Virus record (IMG/VR): IMGVR_UViG_3300020027_000004
Coordinates: 17,986-81,985 of that record
DNA from: a virus
DNA length: 64,000 nt
Direction: 5' to 3' (one strand)
Shown: positions 9,279 to 19,591 of the stretch, in pieces
Position numbering within the stretch: position 1 is the stretch's first letter
How the letters are laid out: each line of letters opens with the position of its first letter
Notes under the pieces: model-generated
What the model saw: only the letters and a program-made list of their open reading frames with translations
What the model was told of the DNA's origin: nothing
Database searches by the model: none
Translations under genes and position numbers: made by a program

Positions 9279-9899
9279 ATGAAGTCAACGTGGGTAACGA
9301 CAGCGGCTGCGGCGGAGATTTTGGGCCTTCAGGTCGTTCGCGTGCAGCAACTCGACGAACACCTACGGCCGGAACGAGTCGACGCTGGCGCGACCCGGCC
9401 GGATGGGATCCGCATCTACCGCCGGGACGTGATCGAGGCATACGCGAAGGCCCGCGCCGATGGTGCAGGACATCGTCAGCTTCGATGCGACGCGAGCGAT
9501 CCCAGAGCCGACAAGCGGGACGAGGAAGATCTCAACGCCATGCAGCTCCATCGGCGGATCGCCGAGTACTACCGGTCGGTGGGCAACGACGAAGCTGCGA
9601 TCGAGGCCGACGAGGTCGTGTTCAAGCTCGAGCGCGACGTCGCGGCTCGCGGAATCGCAGCTCAGCAAGAACTCGCCGCTCACGCGCAGCTGGTCGCGCA
9701 GCTCGAAGAGTTGGGTGTCGAGCTGAGTGCCGAGCAGCTGAAGCGAAGCTCGCGATACCTGCAAGGTCGGCTCGAGGATCGAGCACGCGTTGCGATCGCT
9801 CAGCCTGATCCAGGCGCTCCCGCCGCACCTGACGTTCCCCGGCACCGGGTGCGCCTCCGGCGTCGAGGGCGGCCGCGCGGTGTCGCTCGCGAGCGCTGA
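9279..9899 (+). CDS. MerR/excisionase-like HTH protein
   Basis: WVTTAAAAEILGL...V.QL....L.P.R...G.RIYRRDVI; the C-terminus may be out of frame. Confidence 0.6.
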   Translation: MKSTWVTTAAAAEILGLQVVRVQQLDEHLRPERVDAGATRPDGIRIYRRDVIEAYAKARADGAGHRQLRCDASDPRADKRDEEDLNAMQLHRRIAEYYRSVGNDEAAIEADEVVFKLERDVAARGIAAQQELAAHAQLVAQLEELGVELSAEQLKRSSRYLQGRLEDRARVAIAQPDPGAPAAPDVPRHRVRLRRRGRPRGVARER

Positions 9900-10007
9900 G
9901 CGGCGAGTCGTCGTCCGCGCTGGTATCCGAATGCTCGCGACCATCGACGCGATCAACTCGCCGCGATGCGCGAGTACGTAGCAGCCGAGCGCAACAATCA
10001 TCGCCGG

Positions 10008-10643
10008 CTAGGGCATGTCGATCACGAGCCAGCCGGGCTCGTTGTGGTTCGGTCCGCCGAGCCAGCCGTGCATCCGCTGCGGAGACCCAATACCGATCGA
10101 TGGCGTGACCACGATGTCCGGTAGCGTGCCCGTGCGCGTCCATCCTGGGCCATTGCTTGCCGGGCCGTCGATCAGCCACTCGCCCGCTGGCGTCTTGCAC
10201 ACGATGGATTCTCGCGGCCCGTTCCGCTGATATCCGTCGATGTCGTTGAACGAGCCAGAGTCGTATAGAGCGCCCGCTGGCGCGTTGCTGATGGTCACGA
10301 GCTCGCCGGTATCGCTGCGCTTGTAGAGGCGCGAGCGGCTCTCCTGGCGCGCGTCATCGGCGCGGAACACGAAGCCGCACACGCACCGTTCCGGCCATCG
10401 CGCATCGTCGATCGACACGGTCTTGCCCGTGTGGTCTCCGTCGAGCGATGACTCGATGGTCCCGCGCTCACGCCCGATCGAGATCTCCGCATCGTGATGG
10501 TTCCAGGTAACGACGTCTCCGCCGGGGTAGCGCGGCGCCGTCCGACCGCATGGCCCGGTGTCGCCATCCAATGCGAATCGACGGAGACTGAGCAAGATCT
10601 CGTCAGTGGACGTGAGCAGGAAACAGCGGATGCGTGACGGCAT
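10008..10643 (-). CDS. Hypothetical Zn-binding protein with DUF6527-like C-terminus
   Basis: CVCG motif; C-terminal WTRTG.LP.I.VTPSI......HGWL pattern. Confidence 0.5.
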   Translation of the reverse strand: MPSRIRCFLLTSTDEILLSLRRFALDGDTGPCGRTAPRYPGGDVVTWNHHDAEISIGRERGTIESSLDGDHTGKTVSIDDARWPERCVCGFVFRADDARQESRSRLYKRSDTGELVTISNAPAGALYDSGSFNDIDGYQRNGPRESIVCKTPAGEWLIDGPASNGPGWTRTGTLPDIVVTPSIGIGSPQRMHGWLGGPNHNEPGWLVIDMP

Positions 10644-10696
10644 GCCAGAGAGTAGCGCGATCCCCTGATGTCAGAGCGCGCTACGATGATGCCGCT

Positions 10697-10969
10697 ATGG
10701 CTACAAAGCTCGAGCTATCCACCACCCAAGTAAACTGGCGCCGCGCCGCCATCACCGGCAAGGCATTCACGAGCGCACACGTGACGTGCCGTTTTGCCGA
10801 CCTCCTCGATCCCGAGTTTCGGGCCTGGATTATCCAGGTGCGCTCGCGCATCGAGGCCGGTGGCGAGTTCAAGATCCAGATCCCGCCCACGGACGCGGAC
10901 GACATCATCAAGTCAAAACTGTTTGCGCCCGCCGCCGAACTTGAGATGGATGCCGTCAGACCGGTTTGA
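10697..10969 (+). CDS. Hypothetical protein
   Basis: Protein-like ORF that restarts the plus-strand operon. Confidence 0.6.
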   Translation: MATKLELSTTQVNWRRAAITGKAFTSAHVTCRFADLLDPEFRAWIIQVRSRIEAGGEFKIQIPPTDADDIIKSKLFAPAAELEMDAVRPV

Positions 10970-11847
10970 TACACCTGAAGCGGATGACGAAGGCTGAGCG
11001 TATCACCCGAGCACAGGCCGAGTTGATGTGCCCGGTGGTTCCCCGGACGGCCCACGAGCACAACCTCGTTGCACTGTGGTGGGATCTCGAGTCGATGCGC
11101 GATGGCAATCCGCTGTGCTCGTTGAGCGCGATGAAGATGGCCGACAGGTTGCGCGCGCGATCCGTGATGGTCGCCACGAAGTCAGAGAGCAGGGTGGCCG
11201 TATGCCGGTGATCCTGGCGCGTGTGTGGTGCACGCTCGTCGGTCACAAGTGGCGCGTGCTCGCGGTCAACGCGGAGCTCGCGGGCTCGGACCCGCTCGTC
11301 GGAACGTTCGCGCTGTGCCTCCGGTGTCCAACCGTCTGGGATGACCTCGAAGGCCAGCGAACGGTAAGGACAGAGCGATGAGTGACATTCTCGATCTCGA
11401 GGTGTGGATCAAGCGCAAGCGCATCAGCGACTGCACCCACGCTGCTGCCGATGTGGACGAGGCTGCGGCCTCGCTCACGTGCCAGTTCTGTGGTGTCGAG
11501 CTCGATCCGTGGTGGTTCCTGCGCAAGATGGCGCGCGATCTCTCTGTTGCGAAGTTCACGCTCCACCAAGCCAACAAAGAGGCGAAGCGACTGGCCGAGG
11601 AGATCGACGAACTCACGCGCCAACGGAACAACCTGCGCGCGCAGATTCGGCGGGCCGAGCGATGAGCCGCGAGCTCGTCAACTTCCTCGGGTGGTGCGTG
11701 ATCCGCGGGGTTGTGTTCGTCATGCTCGATCGTGCGCTGGTGCACGACGCGGAGACATCGTTCGCATTCTGGTGCGCGTTCTCGCTCGTGGACCTCGTGC
11801 GCATCACGGATGGTGCGGTGGACCGCCACCGCGAAAGGGATCGCTGA
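10966..11847 (+). other. Run of four small coupled hypothetical CDS (10966-11211, 11208-11381, 11378-11665, 11662-11847)
   Basis: Successive NTGA overlaps; 11378-11665 has CxxC plus a coiled coil; 11662-11847 is hydrophobic. Confidence 0.55.
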
Positions 11848-12098
11848 TGAGACAACCGCGACAGCAAGCAAACGTTGGCGATGTCTTCGGGCGACTTACC
11901 ATCATCGCGATCGTACGTCTCCCACCGCACAGCCACCCGCTTTCAGCAAGGCGGCTTACCGAATTGCTGGTGTTGGAGATTCGCGGCCGGTTCGATCATG
12001 GGCAACGGAGCTCGACCGCGATCGCGAAGTGGATGGGGATCGACAGATATCTCGTTCGCGCCGTGCTCGAAGGCCGGTCATGGGTGGATGTCCAATGA
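11847..12098 (+). CDS. Internally deleted HNH-endonuclease-like protein (termini only)
   Basis: GDVFGRLTII and EIRGRFDHG...IAKWMGI..V..V..GRSW match both ends of 19588-20229; no HNH core. Confidence 0.55.
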   Translation: MRQPRQQANVGDVFGRLTIIAIVRLPPHSHPLSARRLTELLVLEIRGRFDHGQRSSTAIAKWMGIDRYLVRAVLEGRSWVDVQ

Positions 12099-12382
12099 GG
12101 ATGAGCATTCGCCAATTGCACGAGACGGCATATCGGAAGCGGATGGGGATGGTCGGCGTGCTTTCCGTTTGTATCTGCGCATTCCCCGTCGTCAAAGAGG
12201 AGACCGGTACCGAGCACAGCAAGCACTGCCCCGCGCACCAGATGATCCTGGCCCAGCGCGAACTCGCCGCAGGTGAGTCGTCAATCGTGATCGATGAGGC
12301 CATCGCAGAAGCCTCATCGTTCGAGGTCGAGCGCTTGAGCAACCTCGTGGGCAAGCGGCGCAAGGCGAGGACGGCACCATGA
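12095..12382 (+). CDS. Hypothetical protein
   Basis: Coupled; CIC...H..HCP. Confidence 0.55.
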   Translation: MRMSIRQLHETAYRKRMGMVGVLSVCICAFPVVKEETGTEHSKHCPAHQMILAQRELAAGESSIVIDEAIAEASSFEVERLSNLVGKRRKARTAP

Positions 12383-12738
12383 TCCGCACGTGGATGGTGG
12401 AGATGGCCGTGGTCACGGTGGTCTTGGCGACCGTCGCGATCGCGAGCGGAGGTGGAGCGGTCGAGCTGCTCGGCGCGACCGCTGTGGTGCTCACGTTCGG
12501 GCACGCGCAAGTAGCTGAGCGACTCGCAGAACGTGATGCTGCGCGTGTGCGCCCGAGCGTCGCCTGCCATCGCTGGGCTGTGCGCTACCTGCTCGCCAAG
12601 GAGACCATGTGGTGCGCATACTTCGTGATGCACCGCTCGTGGTCAGCGCTCGCCGGCGTCGGCTTGTTCCTCGCGTACCCGGCGTGGCGGCGATGGTGGC
12701 GAGCCCGGCATCCGCTCGCAAGAGTCGAGGTTGCGTGA
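12379..12738 (+). CDS. Membrane protein
   Basis: Three to four hydrophobic segments. Confidence 0.7.
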   Translation: MIRTWMVEMAVVTVVLATVAIASGGGAVELLGATAVVLTFGHAQVAERLAERDAARVRPSVACHRWAVRYLLAKETMWCAYFVMHRSWSALAGVGLFLAYPAWRRWWRARHPLARVEVA

Positions 12739-13765
12739 GCGGGCGAGAGGAACGCGCGGCGATCATCCGGGCTGCGCACCTGGAACCGATCCCTGAGGGT
12801 GTGCTGGTTTGGTGTGGCGGCCTAGGATCTGCCGTGCACAACGAGCGGCTGCCATCGCTCAAGATGGCCATCAACGAGGCGAAAGTGTCTCTCGCGTGGC
12901 GCGAGTGGCGAAGACTTCGCCGCGGCGGACCACCATGAGCGCACGTGTTCGCGAACGCCGCGCAGCAATCGCGCGGCTCGTGGCATCGGCGGAGGTCGAG
13001 GCGACCGAGGGAGCGAGCTACGTGATCGTGTTCATCGGCGGTCTGAGCCAGCCCGTCCACCACGATGTTGATGGGTTCGTTCAGCGTCCATCGTTCGCGG
13101 TCCGCGTCAACGCCACGAAGGTCGCGCTCGCGTATCGAAGCCTGCGGCCGCGCCAAATCATGACGGGTGGTCTTGCGCGCGTTGGAGGCGTGATTGCGAT
13201 CTACCCACGCTCGTTGTCATACCTCGACGGTATCTAGGGACCTATGACCGAACGCCTGACCGATGAGGAACGCAACGCCACCGTTTCATTCTGCGTCACG
13301 TGCTTCGCCGACTCGCTCGATGGATCGTGGGGCTCCGGCGTACTCGATGGCGGCCACTGCCTCAACTGCGGTGCTGGCGGCGGAACCGTCGAGATGAAGC
13401 GCTGGCAGGTGGAGGAGATTCGCCGGAACGCGAGCTGGGTCGGCCGGCGCTACTACCCGAGCTCGGAAGATCGCGAGCTCGCGCAAGAGCGGCTGTCCCT
13501 CCTTGCGCTCGTGCCGAAGTTCGTGGGGCGGAGCGCGAAGCAAGACACCAAGCATCCCCAAACGTGGTGGGTCACCCAACGTACGCCGACCGGACACCCG
13601 CTCGAAACTCGGTCGGTGTCGCAAGCCTTCACCGCCAACTCTGCGGATGAGGCGCTCGACTTCTCGCGGCTGAGCTCGTTGCCGTACGTGTCCCCGTCTG
13701 CGTTCGGCGATGCAGACGATGCTGCGACCGCATCGGGTGCACGCGATGGCGGAGGACCTCCGTGA
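12735..13765 (+). other. Three small coupled hypothetical CDS (12735-12938, 12935-13237, 13244-13765)
   Basis: Overlapping start/stop codons; the last has two CxxC motifs. Confidence 0.55.
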
Positions 13766-14277
13766 CGGAGCCACCGCGCGAGATGATCGATATCGCCGTG
13801 TCCATGGCGCGGAAATCTCCGTGCGCCAATAGCAAGCGGGGCGCGGTCGTGTTCGACCCGAAGGCGATCAGCGGTAGGGACGGGCATCCGGTGGTCTTCG
13901 GCGTTGGCTACAACGGCGCGCCGCTCGGTCGGTGCGATGCATCGCCCGAGTGCATTCGCGACTGCGCGAAGCGATGCGTTCATGCTGAAGCCAGAGCGCT
14001 CCGCTCCCTTCGGGAATCGCCCGCCAGCGACGACATCGACCGATACGACATGCTCCACGTGAAGATCGGAGACCATGGCTACCTAGTGGCCGGTGGTGGC
14101 CCATCGTGCTGGCAGTGCTCGCGGGAGATCTTGGAGTCGGGAATCGCGGGGATGTGGCTCTTCGAAATCAGGGCGCCGCTCCCAGGGCGAAGTGATCCAT
14201 CGGAGGTCTGGGTTCGCTACACCCCGCTGGAGTTCCACCAGGCCACGCTCAAGGCGTGCGGGATCTACGATCCGTGA
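13762..14277 (+). CDS. dCMP deaminase-like (cytidine deaminase superfamily)
   Basis: A..SPC...KRGAV...GYNG, CVHAE and PSCWQC zinc-binding motifs. Confidence 0.88.
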   Translation: MTEPPREMIDIAVSMARKSPCANSKRGAVVFDPKAISGRDGHPVVFGVGYNGAPLGRCDASPECIRDCAKRCVHAEARALRSLRESPASDDIDRYDMLHVKIGDHGYLVAGGGPSCWQCSREILESGIAGMWLFEIRAPLPGRSDPSEVWVRYTPLEFHQATLKACGIYDP

Positions 14278-14347
14278 GCGACATCCAGATCCCAGACCCG
14301 CTGGAACTACGCGTGCGCCAGCTCGAACACCAACAGCCGGAGAGACC

Positions 14348-14560
14348 ATGAGCAAGAGACCAGATCTCGCGAGCGTTCCCGATCACATCCACGTGGTGGT
14401 GTGGCGAGAACCGAGCGTGGTGCTCGGCGTGGAGGGCGTGTTCGAGCGGAGCCAGGTGATCCGCCGAGCGTCGTGCTCGCAGTGCGGGTGGAGCGGTCGG
14501 TACTGGGATGGCGACCCGATTCCACCGTGCCCGAACTGCGACCCGAAACCGGGGGCATGA
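14348..14560 (+). CDS. Small zinc-ribbon protein
   Basis: CSQCGW...CPNC; GGAGA upstream of the ATG. Confidence 0.5.
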   Translation: MSKRPDLASVPDHIHVVVWREPSVVLGVEGVFERSQVIRRASCSQCGWSGRYWDGDPIPPCPNCDPKPGA

Positions 14561-15378
14561 TGCTCGGTCTCATCCGCAAGCGACACGAAGGGCCGGGCTG
14601 GATCGTGATGTCCGAACTTGCGAACGGCACGGGCTCGAATGTCAGCCGCCACGCCGATGCGGTGGCGCTGGGAATCTGGCCGAGCCGCGGCTACGAGCTC
14701 CATGGTTATGAGATCAAGTGCTCTCGAGGAGACGTCCAGAAAGAGATCAACGACCCCCGCAAGGCCGATGCGGTTGGCAAGTACTGCGATTTCTGGTGGC
14801 TCGTGGTTTCCGACATCAAGATCATCGACGGCATCACGCTCCCATCAACGTGGGGCGTGCTCACGCCAAAGAACCGCGTGCTCCGTGCCGTCACCAAGGC
14901 GCCGAAGCTCAAGCCGAAGCCGGTTGATCGCGCGTTCGTCGCTGCGATGATCCGCAACGTGACCAACTCTTGGGTGCCGAGCCACGAGCACAACGCGCTT
15001 AAGGAGAAGCAACGCGACGAGCTCAAGGCCGAGCTCGAGCGCGATCGCCAGTACGTGGCCGGCAATGCCGAAATGGAGAACCGGCGGCTCCAAAGCCAGA
15101 TCGAGGCCTTCGAGAAGGCATCCGGCGTGAAGCTGGACGCGTGGCAAGCGGGACAAATCGGCGAAGCCGTCAAGCTCGCGCTGGAGGCTCGCGGCGTGAC
15201 GGGCGAGGAAGCATCGAAGCGTCGGGCGCAGTATCTGGACAACACCGCCGGTCACCTCGAGCACGTTGCGCGCAACGCACGCGATGCTGCGAAGGCGATC
15301 CGCGAGATGACGGATGCCGATGACCAGCGCGAGCTGCCGCTCGACATGGTGCCGCGCATCGGCGGCCTTCACGGATGA
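14557..15378 (+). CDS. PD-(D/E)XK nuclease-fold protein (MmcB-like) with coiled-coil C-terminus
   Basis: ADAVALGIWPSRG..LHGYEIK.SR.D...E...P.K......CD.WWLV. Confidence 0.75.
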   Translation: MMLGLIRKRHEGPGWIVMSELANGTGSNVSRHADAVALGIWPSRGYELHGYEIKCSRGDVQKEINDPRKADAVGKYCDFWWLVVSDIKIIDGITLPSTWGVLTPKNRVLRAVTKAPKLKPKPVDRAFVAAMIRNVTNSWVPSHEHNALKEKQRDELKAELERDRQYVAGNAEMENRRLQSQIEAFEKASGVKLDAWQAGQIGEAVKLALEARGVTGEEASKRRAQYLDNTAGHLEHVARNARDAAKAIREMTDADDQRELPLDMVPRIGGLHG

Positions 15379-15572
15379 GCGCTTGGGTGCGAAGGCCGGA
15401 CGGCGGATGGGCGCACGCTCCGCGGTTCAAGGTGGTGATCAACCGTGTGATGCGAGCGCTCCAAACTCGCCGGCGGCCAACGAGGCTTTGGGTGCTCGTC
15501 ACGGTTTGCGATGTAACCACCGACCCGCCAACCGCCATCGGATACCGGTTCGGGCGCGTGCTGCACCTGTGA
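15375..15572 (+). CDS. Hypothetical protein
   Basis: ATGA overlap with the previous gene. Confidence 0.45.
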   Translation: MSAWVRRPDGGWAHAPRFKVVINRVMRALQTRRRPTRLWVLVTVCDVTTDPPTAIGYRFGRVLHL

Positions 15573-15590
15573 TGCGGTACAAGATCCCGT

Positions 15591-15815
15591 ATGGGAGCAA
15601 GATTCGAGATTCGGTCCGACAAGAGCGGACAGCCCTACTTCGTGCTCATCTCGAGCAACGGCAAGGTGCTGGTCAAGAGTGAGTCCTACGCCTCGAAAGC
15701 GATGTGCCAACGCGGATACACCGCAGTGAGGCGATACGCACCGAAGGCCACCGTCGTGGACGTGACGGCTCGTGCTACGAGGACAAATGCGAAGTCGAAG
15801 AAACGAAGCCGCTGA
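15591..15815 (+). CDS. YegP/DUF1508 family protein
   Basis: FEI..DKSGQ.YF.L.SSNG.VL..SESY.SK..C..G..AV...AP. Confidence 0.88.
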   Translation: MGARFEIRSDKSGQPYFVLISSNGKVLVKSESYASKAMCQRGYTAVRRYAPKATVVDVTARATRTNAKSKKRSR

Positions 15816-15818
15816 CAC

Positions 15819-16382
15819 TTGGGGGCGTGCGTGATCGCGCTCCTGCTCGGGTGGATCTTGTCGCTCGCATCGGATGCGGAGGCGCTACGCCGGACGGCGC
15901 CGGCGTACCTGTCGTACGCGGCCGCGGTGGAACATGTCGCGGCTGCAGACCTGGCGGGCCTCGCGTTCGATGTCGATCCGGTCTTGCTCCTCTCAATTTC
16001 ACACCACGAATCGCGCTACCGGCACGACACCATCACTCCAGAGCGCGGAGGGAAATTCTCCTGCGGAGCAATGACTCCAATTCCAACATACGACCGCGCC
16101 GCGTGCGCGCGAGCTCGAGCCTCGGTGCTCGCGAGCTACCTCGCCGGAGCTCGCCATCTCCGCGAGTGGCTCGATACCCCGAGGTGTCGCGGCGGTACCG
16201 GTTGCGCATCGCTCGGCTACGCCGGGGGCTACCGGCTGATCAAGCGGTGCGCTCGGGGGCCGGTGGTTCGGAAGCGCGGAGCTGCTCAGCGCGACATCTG
16301 CCGCACGCCGGAGGTGTTCGAGCACCGCGCCGCGCTCATCCGCCGCGAGCGAGCGCGAGCTCGAACCGGGGCCGGTGTGTGA
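15819..16382 (+). CDS. Lytic transglycosylase (SLT-like) with N-terminal signal/TM
   Basis: VDP.LLLSI..HESRY catalytic-Glu motif, G.M/GxMQ-like segment, L.GY.GG. Confidence 0.7.
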   Translation: MGACVIALLLGWILSLASDAEALRRTAPAYLSYAAAVEHVAAADLAGLAFDVDPVLLLSISHHESRYRHDTITPERGGKFSCGAMTPIPTYDRAACARARASVLASYLAGARHLREWLDTPRCRGGTGCASLGYAGGYRLIKRCARGPVVRKRGAAQRDICRTPEVFEHRAALIRRERARARTGAGV

Positions 16383-16705
16383 ATTTCCGGATCCGATTCG
16401 GATCCGTTTTCTTGCCGCCGGATTTCTGGCTTAACGTCATCCCCATACCCGAGGTGGGTTGCTGGCTCTGGATGCGCCACGTCAACCCGAAGGGTTACGG
16501 CACGCACGGCCGCCGAGCTCGCTACTCGAGATCGCGCCTTGTGCACCGCTACACGTTCGAGATCTTCGTAGGCCCGGTCCCGTCCGGTCATGAACTCGAT
16601 CATCACGGGTGCCAGGTGCGGCTATGCTGCTACCCAATGCACCTCGAGCCCGTGACGCACGCGGAGAATGTTCGGCGATCGATCGCAACGAGGCGCGCGG
16701 CGTGA
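16379..16705 (+). CDS. HNH endonuclease
   Basis: GCWLW......GYG...VHR..FE.FVG.VP.G.ELDH..C..R.C..P.HLE.VT..EN.RR. Confidence 0.9.
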   Translation: MNFRIRFGSVFLPPDFWLNVIPIPEVGCWLWMRHVNPKGYGTHGRRARYSRSRLVHRYTFEIFVGPVPSGHELDHHGCQVRLCCYPMHLEPVTHAENVRRSIATRRAA

Positions 16706-17593
16706 GCGCGCCGGGGAACCTCTACGAGCACCATGGCCGCTCGCAGAGCATCAACTATTCATCTGCGATGCGATTCCGACGTGAGATCGCGGATGGCGTG
16801 GAGTGCCTCGTCGACACGGAGACTGGTCGCGTGTTCTCGGGTGGCGAGTTGGTTCGCGTGGTGGCGGATGGTCCGATCGTTGGAGTGTCCGTGGGCCACA
16901 TCATCATTGATGATCCGTGCGGTGAACCGTGAGGCTCGGCCGCTATCCGATGCGTCGGCTCGCATGGCGTGACGCGGCCACCGGAGCGGTTGGCTACGCG
17001 GTGATCCGCATCGACGAGCTCTTACCCGGCGTGCGCACCGAGTCGCTGATCATCGATGACGTGGTGGAGATGGACATCTCCGTGCGCAGTGTCGGACCCG
17101 GGGACGGCGGTCTTGGCGTCATCGTCACTGCGCACGAGGTATCGTGACCTCGCCAGCGCATGAGCTCCTGCGGTTGTTCCGCGGCATGGAGGGTGCCGAA
17201 CAGCTCGCACCGTTGATCGTCGATGAGGAGGGTGGCTCCAAGTCGGGGTTCGATGTGGTGACGCTGCGCGTGCTGGCAGCATGGATGATGACCTCGCATC
17301 GGTGGACCGAGCCGAAGGGCGCGCCACCGGACGGCGGGATGCCCACCGCGAGCTCGTGGTCGTGGCTCTGGAGCTCGTACAAGATGGACGTCGGCGGGGT
17401 GGCGGCGGGCGCGGATACGACGCGCGAGGTCGCGCGCGAGCGGCTCGAGGTGCTTCGTCACAACCGTTTGGTGTACCCGGATGGCTCGTGCACGCGGTTC
17501 CTCCTGGCCGCCGTGCGCGTACACGTGGGGAAGCGCCTCAATCCGTCGGGAAAGCGCAAGGAGAAGGCCAAGGAGCCCACCGAGGCAAACTAG
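16702..17593 (+). other. Three small coupled hypothetical CDS (16702-16932, 16929-17147, 17144-17593)
   Basis: GTGA overlaps; protein-like composition. Confidence 0.55.
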
Positions 17594-17638
17594 CTACCCC
17601 ATCGCTGCCCTACACGTTTTGGCACTCCGGACGATCCA

Positions 17639-17986
17639 TTGAGCATGAACATCCTGCTCATCGAAGACGACGCCGCCCTTCAGATGATGACCAGCCGGTG
17701 GCTCCGCCGCGTGTATCCACACGCGGTGGTGACCGTGGCCGGCTCGGTCGCGGAGGCGCTGGATCTCCTGGGTGATGGTTCGTTCGATCTTGTGGTGAGC
17801 GACTTCGACCTGGGTGACGCGACGGGTGCGGATGTCGTCGCGTGGATGCATGACCATCGCCCCGAACTCGTGGCGCGCCTGGTGTTCTTCTCCGGTAACT
17901 CTGCCGCTGGCGAGCTCGGCCGCCCCCATGCGATGAAGCCGTGCACGATGGACGAGTTCCGCGCGGTTCTCGCTGTGGTAGGTTGA
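17639..17986 (+). CDS. Stand-alone response-regulator receiver (CheY-like) protein
   Basis: ILLIEDD, DLVVSD (phospho-acceptor Asp), FFSG and MKP motifs all present. Confidence 0.9.
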   Translation: MSMNILLIEDDAALQMMTSRWLRRVYPHAVVTVAGSVAEALDLLGDGSFDLVVSDFDLGDATGADVVAWMHDHRPELVARLVFFSGNSAAGELGRPHAMKPCTMDEFRAVLAVVG

Positions 17987-18099
17987 AGATTCCCTGCCAG
18001 GGGTTTCGCAATGGTCGGGCGCCTCATCGAATGGTCGATGGGGCGTTCGGCTTTTCGGAGTCGTCGCACGGCGCCGCGCGGTCATGATAGCGTTCGCCC

Positions 18100-18333
18100 A
18101 TGTCCTGGAACATCTCGCTCGGTGGCACCAAGGCGGAAGTGCTCAAGGGTCTGGCCGAGAAGCGGCTGAATCCCGAGGCACCTGACCACGCGCAATTCGA
18201 GGCCGCGAAGGCGCTCATCGTCGGCGAGGTCGAGGCGGTGGAGGATAGCCGACCGAGCGTCAACGTGTCGGCCTACGGTCACGTGGGCGGGCCCGAATCG
18301 GCGCGCCAGCTCTCGATCTCGATCAACAGCTGA
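18100..18333 (+). CDS. Hypothetical protein
   Basis: TAGCGT -10-like hexamer 6 nt before the ATG. Confidence 0.65.
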   Translation: MSWNISLGGTKAEVLKGLAEKRLNPEAPDHAQFEAAKALIVGEVEAVEDSRPSVNVSAYGHVGGPESARQLSISINS

Positions 18334-18548
18334 TCGTCTTCGCAACGCTCGGCCACCGAGGGCCGGTTCAATGCCGGCGCGGTGCGCGATTTGTCCGGGG
18401 GCGCGATCCCAGTTAGGACGCCAGCCGAGCAACCAACGCCAAGACCGCTCGCGATCGCGCCGCGAGCGGTCACCTTGTCAGCGTGCTGCGGTAGCGTGCT
18501 CGTCATGCACAAGCAATTGCCGAGGACCCGGAGAACCAGGAGCCAGTC

Positions 18549-18839
18549 GTGAGGTTTCGCAAGAAACCAGTCGTGGTCGAGGCATTCCAGTTCTCCTCGC
18601 CAGAGAGCGCGCGGCAAATCGTCGAGTGGAGCGCTGGCGCGGTGAAGATGGGCACCGAGATCCGCAACCACTCGACCGAGCATCCCGATGGCTTCGACTA
18701 CCCATGCCTGTTGGTCGCGACACGCGAAGGAACGATGACAGCGAGCGTCGGTGATTGGGTTGTGAAAGGAATCCGGGGCGAGTTCTATCCCGTGAAGCCG
18801 GACATCTTCGAGATGACCTACGAAGCGGTGATCGGATGA
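18549..18839 (+). CDS. Conserved phage protein (PGDYG-like family)
   Basis: FRKKPVVVEAFQ...TREG.M.A..GDWVVKG..GEFYPVKPDIF..TYE. Confidence 0.8.
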   Translation: MRFRKKPVVVEAFQFSSPESARQIVEWSAGAVKMGTEIRNHSTEHPDGFDYPCLLVATREGTMTASVGDWVVKGIRGEFYPVKPDIFEMTYEAVIG

Positions 18840-19591
18840 GCCACACGCGCAGCGCGATCAAGCGCGCGGTCGAGGAGTGGGAAGGTGGCGACCCGAGGAA
18901 GGCGCACGCCACTCTCGATCAAGTGATGGGGGATCCGTTCTTCGTGCGTGAGATCAAGATGGCGAACGTGCCGCGCGATTTCATGGCTGCGTTCTTCGCA
19001 GTGAGCGGCTCCGAGTCCGAGGGTTTCAAGCTCACGCTTCGGCCGGTGTCATCATGAGGGATGTCGAGTTCCGCGGCTCCAGCGATGACACGTTCGGCTG
19101 GTACGAGCCGAAGACGAGACGGGGCGATGATCACGACGACTGCGCGAACTCCAAGCTCCGCTCGTTCCTCGTGGACTCACCATCAACTGGCAAGGTGATC
19201 GTCGCCGGTGTCTACGGCAAATGTCCGGGCGCCACCTGGGCGGTCGGGATGTCGCCAGCCGATGAGGACGTTCCGCTACCACCATGGGCGGTGCGTCCCG
19301 TGTGGAGCGTCGATGGCTACACCACCGTGTTGCATCTCGAGGTTCCGGACGACACCACGATCACGCTCGTCTCGATCGATGGCGAGAAGCCGGAGAGCGA
19401 AGATGGGTGACCTCCTCAAGATGCAGTGGCGCGTTGGCCGGAAGCTCGGCCGCACGATCTACGCGCAGCTCTATCCCGAACCGAGTGATGACGACGTTTT
19501 GATCGGGATGTTCGATTCTCCGCGGCTCGCCGCGGAATGCGTCCGCTCGCACAACGCAGTTCTGGAAGCGGCCGGGGCGGTTTACGGATGA
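18836..19591 (+). other. Three small coupled hypothetical CDS (18836-19057, 19054-19410, 19403-19591)
   Basis: Overlapping start/stop codons; F.GSSDDTFG and WRVGRKLGRTIY are recurrent phage patterns. Confidence 0.6.

Noticed and set aside
16702-17147. GHIIIDDP and LIIDD resembling terminase Walker B fragments
   Set aside because: The motifs are too short, with no other ATPase elements; likely chance.
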